The position numbers and the translations under genes are program-made. From assembly GCF_036588685.1 (NCBI RefSeq), contig NC_086373.1, positions 90,458,001 to 90,522,000 on the forward strand: a stretch of 64,000 bases of DNA, in the 5' to 3' direction. Origin of the DNA: Mytilus trossulus (taxonomy: Eukaryota). Under the pieces are notes generated by a model, which saw nothing but the letters and a program-made list of their open reading frames with translations, searched no databases and had not been told where the DNA came from. Positions 14,431 through 27,005 of this stretch are shown piece after piece (the first letter of the stretch is position 1; each line of letters opens with the position of its first letter).

Positions 14431-15033
14431 TGGTACTATAAAGTTCAATTGTTGTGTATTATGGTGCTATTATAAAGCGGCCCTACTTGGGAAATGAGTT
14501 GACCCAATGATTTAAGTAAGAAAATACCGAGTCTATACCCATACCAGAGTTTGTATTTTAGTATACAAATCCTTGCTATCTTCAAACAGTGAATGTCTCG
14601 AATTATCAGACAAAATTATTTTTTTATGATTACCTTAGTCCTACATATCCGTATGATTAAACTAAAAATCCTAAAAGGTCTAAATAAACTCTAAAAACTA
14701 CAACAAATATTGGCGTAAATTTAAATTGTCAACAAAGTTGTATATATATGATAATATACAATCTAAAAATAAACTCAGTATAGTGTCAACTAGTATGTGA
14801 TATGCCCCTCGAGATAGGCCGATAGATTGATGAATATCAGTACTAATTTTAATATAAACATTTATATAGTGAAACGCTCCTTATATCACGTTCAGGTAAT
14901 TTTCCAACGGTCTCCATGTATATGGAAGGTAACATTATGTATTTCTTTTCTCCGTTTGATTTCCAATCATTCTAAAACCACCTTAAGACGTGCTGCAATA
15001 CACATCATCTTAACAGAATAAACACTAAAAATC

Positions 15034-15139
15034 CACGTGCAAGATCATCTGAATACAGTCATGGAATGCATGATCACTTGCATCTGATTGGTCAACACTC
15101 AGAAAATAGAGTTTTTCATTGGCTTAGAAATCCCCGCCC
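15034..15139 (+). promoter_or_regulatory. Proximal promoter of the KLF10/11-like gene: E-box, two inverted CCAAT boxes, GC box
   Basis: CACGTG 15034-15039, ATTGG at 15087-15091 and 15118-15122, CCCCGCCC 15132-15139. Followed by a strong donor AAG|GTAAGC at 15253/15254 (probable end of a 5' exon). Confidence 0.6.
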
Positions 15140-16483
15140 TCACCCAAATAATGTGTTTTGGAAATAATTGTATATTCACAACGAAGGAAGGCTTGTGTAT
15201 TCCTCATAATTCTTACATCAGAAAATAATTCTAAGACACATTCGATGTTAAAGGTAAGCGACGTTCATATACTAAAACTTATTTTATTATCTTTCTTAAA
15301 AAAAAACCAAATGCGACTTCTGTTCTGCTGTTTTTCTCTGTTTTCGTCTGTTTCATGATCTGGTTTTGTTTCAGTGTAAATAATGAATGTGCACGATTGT
15401 TTTATTATGTATTAACATGTTATCTGTCGAAAATAACATTTTTTTAATATATTCGAAATAAATGAACGAAAGACTCTTGTTATGAAAGGTCTTCATTGTT
15501 TATTATGAGGAGTTATTTCCCTTACTGATCATGATTTTGACAGCTGATCGATCAAAGTGCAGTTCGACACAATCATCATATTATGGCTCTTTACAACTGA
15601 AAATAATTTGCATTCAAAGTAATCTTTTAACATAGTGAATATTTTGTTATTTGCTGGCGAAATAATTAAGTTTTTTTAAGGAAACATGCTTATCCAGGTT
15701 AGGGGGTGTGTCATTGACCTAATTGTGAACATTTCGGTCATGAACCAGTTTCACCCATTTTCAGCGTAAATTTATAAAAACACGACACACAGCGTTTGGA
15801 ATACTGATAGTGTTCTATAATAACTTGATTTAATGAGATATAAATTGATTTATCATCAGAAAAAGCATTGTGTATAATATGCTATATTGACGAGAAAGCA
15901 TTAGACGGTGTCACGTGATAGAATACCTTTTGGGGAAAACTTAGTATATAAATAGAAACATGTGTGTTTATTATAAATAGAAATTAAAAAATAACAAAAT
16001 TTGATAAATGGAATTTAAATGCCATTTCTGTTTTAGAAGGTTATAAACTATACTGGAATTAGCTTGCATTTTTTTCCAGATTGCATAAGATGGTAAATAA
16101 ATACACAAGAAACTCAATTATTACATTTAATGGGAAACATCTTTCTTTGTTTTGGTATTGTAGCTTCTGCAAAGATGAAAAAGAACATGTGCCAGAAGCT
16201 AAATCAATTTTTGTTTCTAATATTCATTAACAAAGTTGCATCTGATTTTTATTATCTTGGTTCTGCAATGCATTGAAACTTTTCCAGGTGTGCACACTAC
16301 ATAGTACTAGGTCTGAAATTTGGGGTGCTAATTAGTCCATTTTTGTCGACTGGTAAAGGCAAAACCTTCAATAGATAAGTGTCTTACAGTTTAATTGTCT
16401 ATATCAAGTTTGAATTACATTTGAAAAAAAAGATGTTTTAGCATTTTATTTGCATATCTTTCTCACATATTTTCAGACTAAAA

Positions 16484-16687
16484 ATGTGTATTCAATGTAC
16501 CTTGAAGCAGCGCATTGATGAATGCAGTAATACAGTAGAGAAGGAAGCTATAGAGACACTTTTATCAATAGGCAATGTTCTCAATTCTAAAGACTACTGT
16601 GAAGTGTACAAGGCACGTCAAACAGGTTCTATGAAGACATGCATACAACCAACTCCTTCACCCAAAAAAGAATCTAAGCTTGCCATG
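16484..16687 (+). CDS. KLF10/11: KLF10/KLF11 (TIEG/cabut)-like transcription factor, coding exon 1, with Sin3-interaction-like motif EAIETLLSIG
   Basis: Acceptor tttcag at 16476, ATG at 16484, donor ATG|GTAAGT at 16687; phase 0 join to 17178. Confidence 0.85.
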
Positions 16688-17177
16688 GTAAGTTCATACA
16701 AAACATTTAATTCAGGAAAAGCTCTGAATTTTCTAATGAAGAAACAGGTTTGCTGTTTAATCATATGGGCTAAATAATCTGTTACTGGTTAACTTTAAAT
16801 TTAAAATAATTCCTTCAAGATGACCAATCAAATTTCATTTTGATACTAAATGTTTGTTCAAAATCACTCTTTGATTGCCATTTATTTAAAAACCAAAATG
16901 TTTATTCCCCTCACTGAGAAATACATCTATGATGAATTGTGTTCATGGGTGGTTTATCTGATTGTACATGTAATTAATCACCTCCAATCAATTGATTCAC
17001 TATAATTCACTAAATAACATTAAAGAGTGATTTTTAACTGAATCATTTTGTGTTGTATTAAACCAATGAAAGACAAATGTTTTCAAGGTGTAATGATTTC
17101 TAAAATCGTTTTGATACTCCCGATTTTTAGAACAGAAATCTATAGATTGCTAAAATGATGTAATATTTTGCTTTCAG

Positions 17178-17676
17178 CTTTTGAAGGAAGGAAAAATAAA
17201 TGACAACGAACTTCCATTTAATTGTCCAAGTCTTGTACCGAAAATAGTAAACAGTGCCGTAAGTGAGACAGGAAATTCCAAGATATCTGAGGTGACAAAC
17301 AATGGATATGCATTGAATTCTCAGTCAGTGCTGAACAACAACATTTTAAGAAATAGTCCACTTAACATTAATACATTGAGTACTAATCTACCCAAAAAAT
17401 CAACAGTCATCAATAATAGTTCTTCACAGCCACTTGTTCAGGTCATTCTCATTAACAACAATACAGTTCAGCCACTGCAGCAAGCCATGACATGTAAAGC
17501 CTGGTTAGATAAACTTTGTCCTATTGCACCAGCTCCACCTCCAGGAAACATGACTGTGGATGATATCATTAATTCTAACACTGGTAGAAGGAGGAATTAT
17601 GCATGTACATATGATAGTTGTGGGAAAACATACTTCAAGAGCTCACATCTCAAAGCCCACCATCGGACACACACAG
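17178..17676 (+). CDS. KLF10/11: KLF10/11-like coding exon 2: repression-region motifs ([17 protein letters not shown]) and zinc finger 1
   Basis: RRRNY..C...[19 protein letters not shown] is typical of the KLF10/11 subfamily; AG/GT-bounded. Confidence 0.93.
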
Positions 17677-17990
17677 GTAATTCACTTTATTATATGCAAC
17701 TTTAATAGCATGCACTAAAAATTACAAAATGGACATGCACTCAAACCCATTGAATGAAAAAAAGGTAAAAACTCCGTTTGGCTATTGATACCTTTATTAT
17801 CATTTTGTTCATTTTACAACTATACAAATTGTGTTAACTTTGATGATAGTGATGAACGACTTTTAAATTCCAGCAGCAAATTGAATGCATATTGAGGACA
17901 AGAACATTTTATTAAAACTTGTTTGACCCTGCTTATGCTGAGTCAGATTTTTTACTTGGTAGTTTATAAGGTGACAGTCTGCAGGAAGAT

Positions 17991-18213
17991 CAAAAGATCG
18001 ATGTAGGATAAAAAAAAACTTAAATCAAATAGTTGGGGGGGGGGGGGGGGTCAACATTGCTGCAAGTTTTGTTAATCCAAAATCAATTTTACATATATAT
18101 CCCTATTGGTCAATCTTTCCCAAATTAAGTTAAGAAGGGAAAGGGGGGGGGGGGGGGGTTCAGTGAAAAAACTATGTGAATTAAGTTTTATTTTATCCTA
18201 CATTGAACTTTTG
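17991..18213. mobile_element. MITE with two poly-G tracts, nested in a SINE-like remnant in the last KLF intron
   Basis: Imperfect ~33-bp TIR CAAAAGATCGATGTAGGATAAAA...CTTAA / TTAAG...TTTTATCCTACATTGAACTTTTG with AT on both sides. Confidence 0.65.
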
Positions 18214-18381
18214 ATGTTGTCCCTAACTAGACGCATTATTCTGACTCGGACAAGTCTTTGCTCTTATTCCTGAAGATAGGAGGCTTTAATACACACATTG
18301 AATATCAAACTTCCTTTAAATAATGTTTTAGTATAGTACAAATGTATATAAAACCATTATAATTATGTGTTATTATTTTAG

Positions 18382-18788
18382 GTGAGAAGCCTTTTGAGTG
18401 TGATTGGGAGTCCTGCAATAGAAGATTTGCAAGGTCTGATGAACGTTCTCGACATCGCAGAACACATACAGGAGAGAAAAAATTCACATGTGAACACTGT
18501 GAAAGGCGATTTATGAGAAGTGATCATTTGGCTAAACATTTACGCAGACATGCAAGTAAAAAAGGATCAATATCATCAGACAATAGTTCAGCTTCACTTA
18601 TGTCATGGAGCTCATCTAGATCATCCACCAGGACATGGCATTCATCTGTATCAGAGGAGAGTTCAGGGTCATGGCAAAATGATGAGGATAGGTCAGATGA
18701 TAACCAATCAGTTGATTCATATGATTCCTCATCAGTAGGAAGTGGGTGTGGTGACATTATTGTAACCCCCATGGAAGTGACTGTGTAG
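18382..18788 (+). CDS. KLF10/11: KLF10/11-like terminal coding exon: zinc fingers 2-3 and a Ser-rich tail
   Basis: [56 protein letters not shown], then TAG at 18786-18788. Total CDS 1110 nt (369 aa). Confidence 0.93.
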
Positions 18789-21700
18789 CACGCTGTGTAG
18801 CAATGATCATTTAGGTCTTTAATAACTATCCCAGTGAAAACAAGCAATATTTTTTGTATAAATAATTTGTGAATGTTTGATTATATTAACAAACTTTTTG
18901 TGAAAAGTTGATTTGTTTTAAACAAAACTAAAAAGTTATTATTTATGGCATACAATGTATATTCCCATGACAGAGAATACGGGCATGTTTAACATGTTTA
19001 ACGTGAAATTTGTGTAAATGTTAATGTGCATTCTTTGGTGTTTCAATTGTTGGCATGAGGAACAACATCTAATAATTTGATATTTAAAAACTGACAGAAA
19101 TAAGTTCATGTACCTGTTCAGGTAATGATGTATTGCCAGAGGCAGGTAATAGTTTTGTCATATGACTGATAAAATATTAAACTAAAATGTCAGAAATGTT
19201 AATTGTTTAGATTTAATCTAAAGGAAAATCTTGTATTGAAACTTTTTTATCAATTTATAATTAGTAAACATTGTAAAATGTAATATTTTCAAAAATGAAA
19301 TGCCACATTTTAGAGGCATTAATATCAAAAAGTTTACCTGTATCAGGTGTAACCATAAATGAACTTCCTGTAAGGAAGTAAAGGAATACATTTATTGGAA
19401 AAGAACCAAGATACATATATAAAATTAATAGTGCTTTCATTGCTGTTCCCACAACTTTGTATTTGGAATTTTTTACACTAGAATTGAATCCTCATAGATT
19501 TATTAAAGGACCAAGATACTTAATAAAAGTTCCATCAGAAAAAAAAAATCTGTTGACCATTTTGATGTACTAAATAGTCTAAGCATGAAAGTTTTTTGTA
19601 CTTTTTACCTAGACTAAATGGAATTAGTTGTTGAGTGAGATTTGTGTGTATGTAAGGTTGTTAGATGGTTGTATATTTGTATAATTATATTATAAATATT
19701 GTGTAATATAAAATACTGAATTCTACAATTAGATCGTTTATAAAATTTAAATTTACAAAATGTTTATGCCCTAGAAGTATTCAAGGCGGAAGCCGTAATG
19801 GTTTATGTTAAGTGCAACGCAAATGGCAATGAAGTTAAACTGAATGAAAGTAAACTATGGCTTTTTAATTTATGGCAAATTTTCAGTTCTATGAATGTTG
19901 TGAACTAATCACAGTTGATAAGATTAATTTTTTTGACATTTTTTTTGGTGTAAAATTTTAATGGCCACCGACATATCTCTTCCTTTAATATGTTTTTTTT
20001 ACTTGCGTGTTTCTCATAATTTTTTATTTGATTTTCATATTAATTGATGGTGCTATCGATATATCATTCCCATTACTTTTTCAGAAGTATAAACTTCAAA
20101 CTAGTATGTTTCTTTTTTTTTTATCAGTATAACTAGACTAGGGCTAGAAACAGAATAAATGAAATAATGTAAATACATAAATTTGTAAGTGCTCTGGACA
20201 CCCTAACAGACACTGTACTGTGTTTAATGTGAGCATTTATTGTTGCATCTCTTTGACAGGTATAAATAATGTTATTCCTGAACATGTTGAAGTAGAAAAT
20301 AAACAGCAAAAATACAACTTTTAGTATGTTATGTCAGTCCGTTCAGAGGTTGCCTAATATTAAAACATTTAATTTTACGGAGTTTCTGAATTTACAGAAA
20401 TGATAACTTTTAAAAAGATCTTGTAAAATTTTTTCAATACATGATGAGTTTGAGAAAAGATGAATGTTTATAAAATACTTTATACTGTTTCAGGATGTTG
20501 TCATTATATATCGTTTGTATGTAGTACTCGTGTTTTCTTAAAACTCAGGAACTCATTCAGAAGTTCAATTTTTAGTTTATGTAACGTCAGTGTAAAAAAA
20601 TTTGTGAAGTACATTGACATAAAATGTATATAGTATCCATGCATTTCTAGTCCCTCTGAGCAAAATTTTTGTCAAGTTTTTATATTTTCTGTAAGGTATC
20701 TTGATGATTAAAATTTTTACAAGTAATACTAGGTATATGGGTTGCTTTTGCTTAAGCATTTGAGTTTCAACCAGAATGCAATGCTCTTTTCCATAAGATA
20801 AATGGATGTTTTGTCAAATATCAAGTTTACTAACTTAACGCATTTACGAAAAAATAATTGCAACATGTATTTGGATTAGCATTTATGCATGTTAATTGCA
20901 CATATTCTAGAAGGCTTACTTCTCCTTCAAAATTCAGCAACTTGCATGTAAAAGAAATTGCTTAGGCCAACAAATATAGTTTTCTTGGGTTTCCTGCCTC
21001 CATACAAAACACTGAATTTTAATGCCTACCCTAAACATTAATTGGACAGTTTTGGTTAAGCACTGTGTATGTCAGTTTTTGGTTGAGAACCCTGAGCATC
21101 CCTATAAACATTGACAAATGATTGATATAGTGATTAGTTAAAAAAATAATTGAAATAAGAATAGAGGTAGTACTCTGTTTTTGTCGTTTCCATGATCATA
21201 TCAATGCAATGTTTAGATTTAGGTCCCATTTTGAAGTTATCTGGTCTCGTGTTCATGTTGATTTTTATTGTGTGTTTGTAAAAGATATATGTTATTTATT
21301 AATTTGATGCAATGCAAACTATTTATTATTTTTCTTTAATTAAATTGATTACATTTTTACCAGTTGTGTTGTGTTTTTAGCTTTACCAATGATGCCTCTA
21401 TAAAATCCATTAAACATATTCCCGCAAGAAGTATTTATATACATTGGTCAAACAGCGCAGTGTAGTAAAACAAATGAAAATCTTTCTGCCTTCAAGATTT
21501 GCTAAGCAAGAAATATTATAGAATACATATCAAGGTCAAAACTAGTATGTTTCTAGTCAACATGAAAGAACACACCACCTCTTGCACTGTTGAAGTGAAA
21601 AGGTGATGAACTGGTATTTATACATCTGGAAAAAGGAAACAGGATAAAACACAACTCTTACAACACTGAAGAACAACCATAGAGTGCTACACAATTCCCA

Positions 21701-22091
21701 CTTGTACAAGATTGTCTGAAAATATTTGTCATGTCATTTGAACTATTAAATTAAACCTTGAATGGTACAGTCAAAGACATTATCCCATATTATGGCATAT
21801 ACTATTATCTGTTCCTGCCACTGGTACAATGTGGAAAGACAGAACTATTATAATTTCTTTAATGGAAAAGTTAAACCATCTAGGATTAACACTACTCTGT
21901 TTAGATATGTCAATTTGTAAAGAAATATGTTTCTAAAACTATTCTGTTCCATATTTTAAGGTAGCTGCCTTGAACAATAATACTAAATAGATCTTTCTCT
22001 GAAAAAAAAATCCCATGTATTTAAAATAACACAAGGTACCTACAAATCTACATATAGTTGAAAAATCAATGACAACTGGTCGGGAACACCC

Positions 22092-23134
22092 TTTATTGTT
22101 GAGCCTTCGACTTTAGTCGAAAAAGCGAGACTAAGCGATCCTACTTTCCGTCGTCGGCGGCGGCGTCCACAAATATTCACTCTGTGGTTAAAGTTTTTGA
22201 AATTTTAATAACTTTCTTAAACTATACTGGATTTCTACCAAACTTGGACAGAAGCTTGTTTATGATCATAAGATGTATCCAGAAGTAAATTTTGTAAAAA
22301 TAAAATTCCATTTTTTCCGTATTTTACTTATAAATGGACTTAGTTTTTTCTGCAGAGAAACATTACATTCACTCTGTGGTTAAAGTTTTTAGAATTTTAA
22401 TAACTTTCTTAAACTATCCTTGGTTTGTACCAAACTTGAACAGAAGCTTGTTTATGATCATAAGAAAGTATCCAGACCTGAGTTTTGTAAAAATAAAATT
22501 CCATTTTTTCGGTATTTTACTTATAAATAGACTTAGTTTTTTCTGCGGGGAAACATTACATTCACTCTCTGGTTAAAGTTTTTAGAATTTTAATAACTTT
22601 CTTAAACTATCCTTGGTTTGTACCAAACTTGGACAGAAGCTTGTTTATGATCATAAGATAGTATCCAGAAGTAAATTTTGTAAAAAAATAAATCCATTTT
22701 TTCTGTATTTTGCTTTTAAATGGACTTAGTTTTTCTGCGGGGAAACATAACATTCACTCTGTGGTTTTAGAATTTTAATAACTTTCTTAAACTATACTGG
22801 GTTTGTACCAAACTTGGACTTATGATCATAAGATAGTATCCAGAAGTAAATTTTGTAAAAAGAGAACTCCATTTTTTCTGTATTTTACTTTTAAATGGAC
22901 TTAGATTTTCTTCCAGTTAACATTACATACAGTCTGCAGTTAAAGTTTTCAAAACATTTATTAGATTCATTAACTATCCTAAATTTTTACCAAACTTGGA
23001 CAGAAGCTACTTACAATCAAAAGATAATATTAAGAGGAATATTTTTATTGATTTTTGTCCTCATTTTTGCTGAGCCTGCGATTTACAGCAATAGTAGGCG
23101 AGACACTGGGTTCCGCGGAACCCTTACAAATTTT
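22092..23134 (+). mobile_element. HINE-type (Helentron-associated) element with about 4.5 copies of a 192-193 bp tandem unit
   Basis: 5' hairpin TTCGACTTTAGTCGAA, (GTC/GGC)n microsatellite, ATTCACTCT anchors at 22175, 22367, 22560 and 22752, 3' hairpin GGGTTCCGCGGAACCC before a T-run. Confidence 0.75.
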
Positions 23135-23361
23135 TAAAGTATAGAATTTTTATCCAGAGACATTTGCCTTTGTTCTTCGAGTGAAGACTAATTTTTTTTT
23201 CTCATCAGGGACTTTCTATACTAACTTTAGTATAGATAGTCCCTGTTCTCAAAAGCTTGCAGAAAAAAATTCTCGCGAAAGTTTTAGAATTTGAAATGCT
23301 TTCAAATTTGTGCATGTCATTATTATACCAAGAATTTATATGGATTTATAAAGTAAAAATC

Positions 23362-24421
23362 TTATTGTCGAGCCTGCAACTTTTGTTGCAAAAAGCTCGA
23401 CATAGGGATAGTGATCCGGTGGTGGCGGCAGCGGCAGTGTTAGCTCACTTCCTAAAAGGTTTATATTTTAGAAGGTGAAAGACCTGGATGCTTCATACTT
23501 TGTATATAGATGCCTCATGTTACAAAGTTTCCGTCAGTCACATGTCTAATGTCCTTGACCTCATTTTCATGGTTCAGTGACCACTTGAAAAAAAAGTTCA
23601 GAATTTTTATAATGTTGAATTCTCTCTTATAAGTAAAAGGATAACTATATTTGGTATGTGCATACCTTGCAAGGTCCTCATGCCTGTCAGACAGTTTTCA
23701 CTTGACCTCCACCTCGTTTCATGGATCAGTGAACAAGGTTAAGTTTTGGTGGTCAAGTCTATATCTCAGATACTATAAGCAATAGGGCTAGTATATTAGG
23801 TGTATGGAAGGACTGTAAGGTGTACATGTCCAACTGGCAGGTGTCACCTGACCTTGACCTCATTTTCATGGTTCAGTGGTTATAGTTAAGTTTTTGTGTT
23901 TTGGTCTGTTTTTCTCATACTTTATGTAATAGGTCTACTATATTTGTTGTATGGAATGATTGTAAGGTGTACATGTCTAGTGGGCAGATGTGATCTGACC
24001 TTGACCTCATTTTCATGGTTCAATGGTCAAAGTTAATTTTTTAAGTTTTGATCTTTTTATCTTATAGTATATGCCAAAGGTCAACTGTATTTGGTGTACT
24101 GAAATATATTATGATCTAAATGTCAGTTCCGCAGGTTTTATTTGACCATGACCTTAATTTCACGGTTCATTGCACAGTGTTAAGTTTTTGTGTTTTGATC
24201 TATTTTTCTAAAACTTTAAGTAGTAGGTCAACTATAGTTGTTGTATGGAAGCATTGTTAGCTGTACATGTCTGCCTGGCATGGTTCATCTGACCCTGACC
24301 TCATTTTCATGGTTAATTGGTCTTTGTATAGCTATCGTGGTTAATGTTATACTTTGGACTATCAACATAATATCAATGACTAGTAAAGAAGGCGAGACAT
24401 TTTAGAATGTGCAATCGTGTT
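23362..24421 (+). mobile_element. HINE-type element with about 6 diverged ~147-bp tandem units
   Basis: 5' hairpin GTCGAGC..TGCAAC...GTTGCA..GCTCGAC, (GGC)n, recurring GACCTTGACCTCATTTTCATGGTTCA, 3' GGCGAGACA end. Confidence 0.7.
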
Positions 24422-25577
24422 ATATAAATCCTTGGTTTTAAAAGACTGAATTTCTACTCCGTAATCGACTTCTTTAGCTTGAAAAGAAAAGAATCGTAAC
24501 AATAATGGAAGTTGTATGTATATGTCTGCAATTCTTGTCGTCTCTGTGTAGCTATTATTGGGTAATTATATTGTCTCGGTCGTTATATATTAAACGTTCA
24601 CAAGTATTTATGCTCATAGCCCCCGAGTCTCAACCTTTCTCTTCAGTCTCTCGGTCTGCGTATATCTTATCTGACCACGCAGTAAGATTCCTGAAATATC
24701 TGAATATTAACTTTCATAAGATGTCATAACACTTGTTCAAAGGTCAAGTTGTTAAAGGGTAACATTCATACTACAGTGTGACACTGTTTATCTAGATCGT
24801 GTATATGTCAAATATTTCCTTGTAGACTACCGTGACCTCGTCATTTCCTAAGTGTGTCAGATGACTTCTCTCAAAAGGATTAATCATTGTCCAATAATCT
24901 TGTGTTTATCTTGTGCTTATCTTATCATCTGTTTGAAAATATTTTATTCAAACAAATGTACAGTTCCTGATAAAGACGCGTATCTAGCCATTTTGAAAAG
25001 GGTGGTTCAAACTATCAGAACACAATGAAATGTCCAAATAGTAATAAAAAAAGATAAAAAAAAAATAGGGGGTGGGGAGGTTAAACCCTCGGAACACCCA
25101 CAAGATTCTCCAGTTCGGTTGATGGCATATATAAAATTCAGTTTCAAAACAGCAAAGAATATAAAACGTTACAAAAATTATTTAAGTACAATTAAGACAT
25201 AATAAACATTATATGTACATAGCATTTAGCTGTTGAACCCACTCTCATGGACTACCACGACTTCAAATTTAATGAATTGGGCAACATACTGTATTATTGA
25301 CAGACACCAACATGGTGTCCGGCGGAACACACCGGCTTGCCAGACCAACTATTTTGTGTTTATCTGCTCGATTTGATTACTCAGATATTCATTTGCAAAT
25401 TATTTGCATGTTACTTAGCAGCTCTAGAAGAGTTGATAACAGATAAAGATACTGTATATTTTTAAATTTAAAAAAAAACAAAAAAAACGCGACTATACCA
25501 TTAACTTTCGCGACCTCCGACAGTGTCGGCCTTCAGAGTCGGTCTCGAATATCATAGTTATCAGCAAATGTGGGTTA

Positions 25578-27005
25578 TACGGGGCGCCGAATGGGACTCT
25601 TGTGGTTTTGTACAAAATTCAATTCTGTCATAACAAAATCATTTTTGTCTTACAAAACTATGTGCTACAGACTTGTTTTGTGAGAACTTCAATTTTGTGA
25701 TGACAAAATTCATTTGTGTAGACAAAATTCATTTTTGTCATGACAAAATTCATTTTTGTAGACAAAATTCATATTTGTCATGACAAAAGTCAATTTTGTC
25801 TTAAAGGTATGCAAATATAAACATATTTGCATACAAAATTGACTTTTGTTACCTGATATGGAAATTAAATCACAAAAGTCAATTGTGTACGGTAAGATTC
25901 AATTTTGTGAGACAAAATTGACTTTTGTGAAACAAAATTAACTTTTGTGAGACAAAATTGACTTTTGTGAGACAAAATTGACTTTTGTGAGACAAAATTG
26001 ACTTTTGTGAGACAAAATTCAATTTTGTCATTTTTGTTGAGACAAAATTCAATTTTGTCATTTTTGTTGAGACAAAAATCAATTTTGTCATTTTTGTTGA
26101 TACAATAGTCAATTTTGTTAATTTTGTTGAGACAAAAGTCAATTTTGTAAATTTTGTTGAGACAAAAGTCAATTTTGTTAATTTTGTTGAGACAAAAGTC
26201 AATTTTGTCAATTTTGTTGAGACAAAAGTCAATTTTGTCAATTTTGTTGAGACAAAAGTCAATTTTGTGACGACAAAATTCATTTTTATGAGACAAAATT
26301 GACTTTCGTGAGACAAAATTGACTTTCGTGAGACAAAATTGACTTTCGTGAGACAAAAATCAATTTTGTTGAGACAAAATTCAATTTTGTTAATTTTGTT
26401 GAGACAAAATTCAATTTTGTTAATTTTGTTGAGACAAAATTCAATTTTGTTAATTTTGTTGAGACAAAATTCAATTTTATCAATTTTGTTGAGACAAAAT
26501 TCAATTTTGTCAATTTTGTTGAGACAAAAGTCAATTTTGTCAATTTTGTCTCACAAAAGTCAATTTTGTGTAACAAAAGTTAATTTTGTGTAACAAAAGT
26601 CAATTTTGTGTAACAAAAGTCAATTTTGTGTAACAAAAGTCAATTTTGTGTAACAAAAGTAATTTTTGTGTAACAAAAGTCAATTTTGTGTAACAAAAGT
26701 CGATTTTGTATGCAAATTAGTTCACAGAAACCAAACTAAACTAATTTAAATACAAAATTGACTTTTGTCGCTCAATTTTCAAATTAGGTAACAAAAGTCA
26801 AGTCTGTGTAACAAAAATGAATTTTGTCATGACAAAAGTGACTTTTGTCCGCTGATAGATAATTTTGTATGACAAAATTTCAAATTTGTAGTATGATACA
26901 AATTTTGTTAAACTGAGCTCATTTTTGTTGAACAAAAGTCACTTTTGTCCGTACAAAATTGAATTTTGAGTACAAAACCACAAGAGTCCCATTCGGCGCC
27001 CCGTA
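25578..27005. mobile_element. Foldback-like non-autonomous DNA transposon with internal 20/30-bp minisatellites
   Basis: 35-bp perfect TIR TACGGGGCGCCGAATGGGACTCTTGTGGTTTTGTA; 5-bp TSD GGTTA (25573-25577 and 27006-27010). Confidence 0.9.

Noticed and set aside
25865-26593. Long repetitive ORFs (KIDFCLN / TKLTFVS)
   Set aside because: Translations of a minisatellite inside a TIR element, open in several frames; not credible genes.
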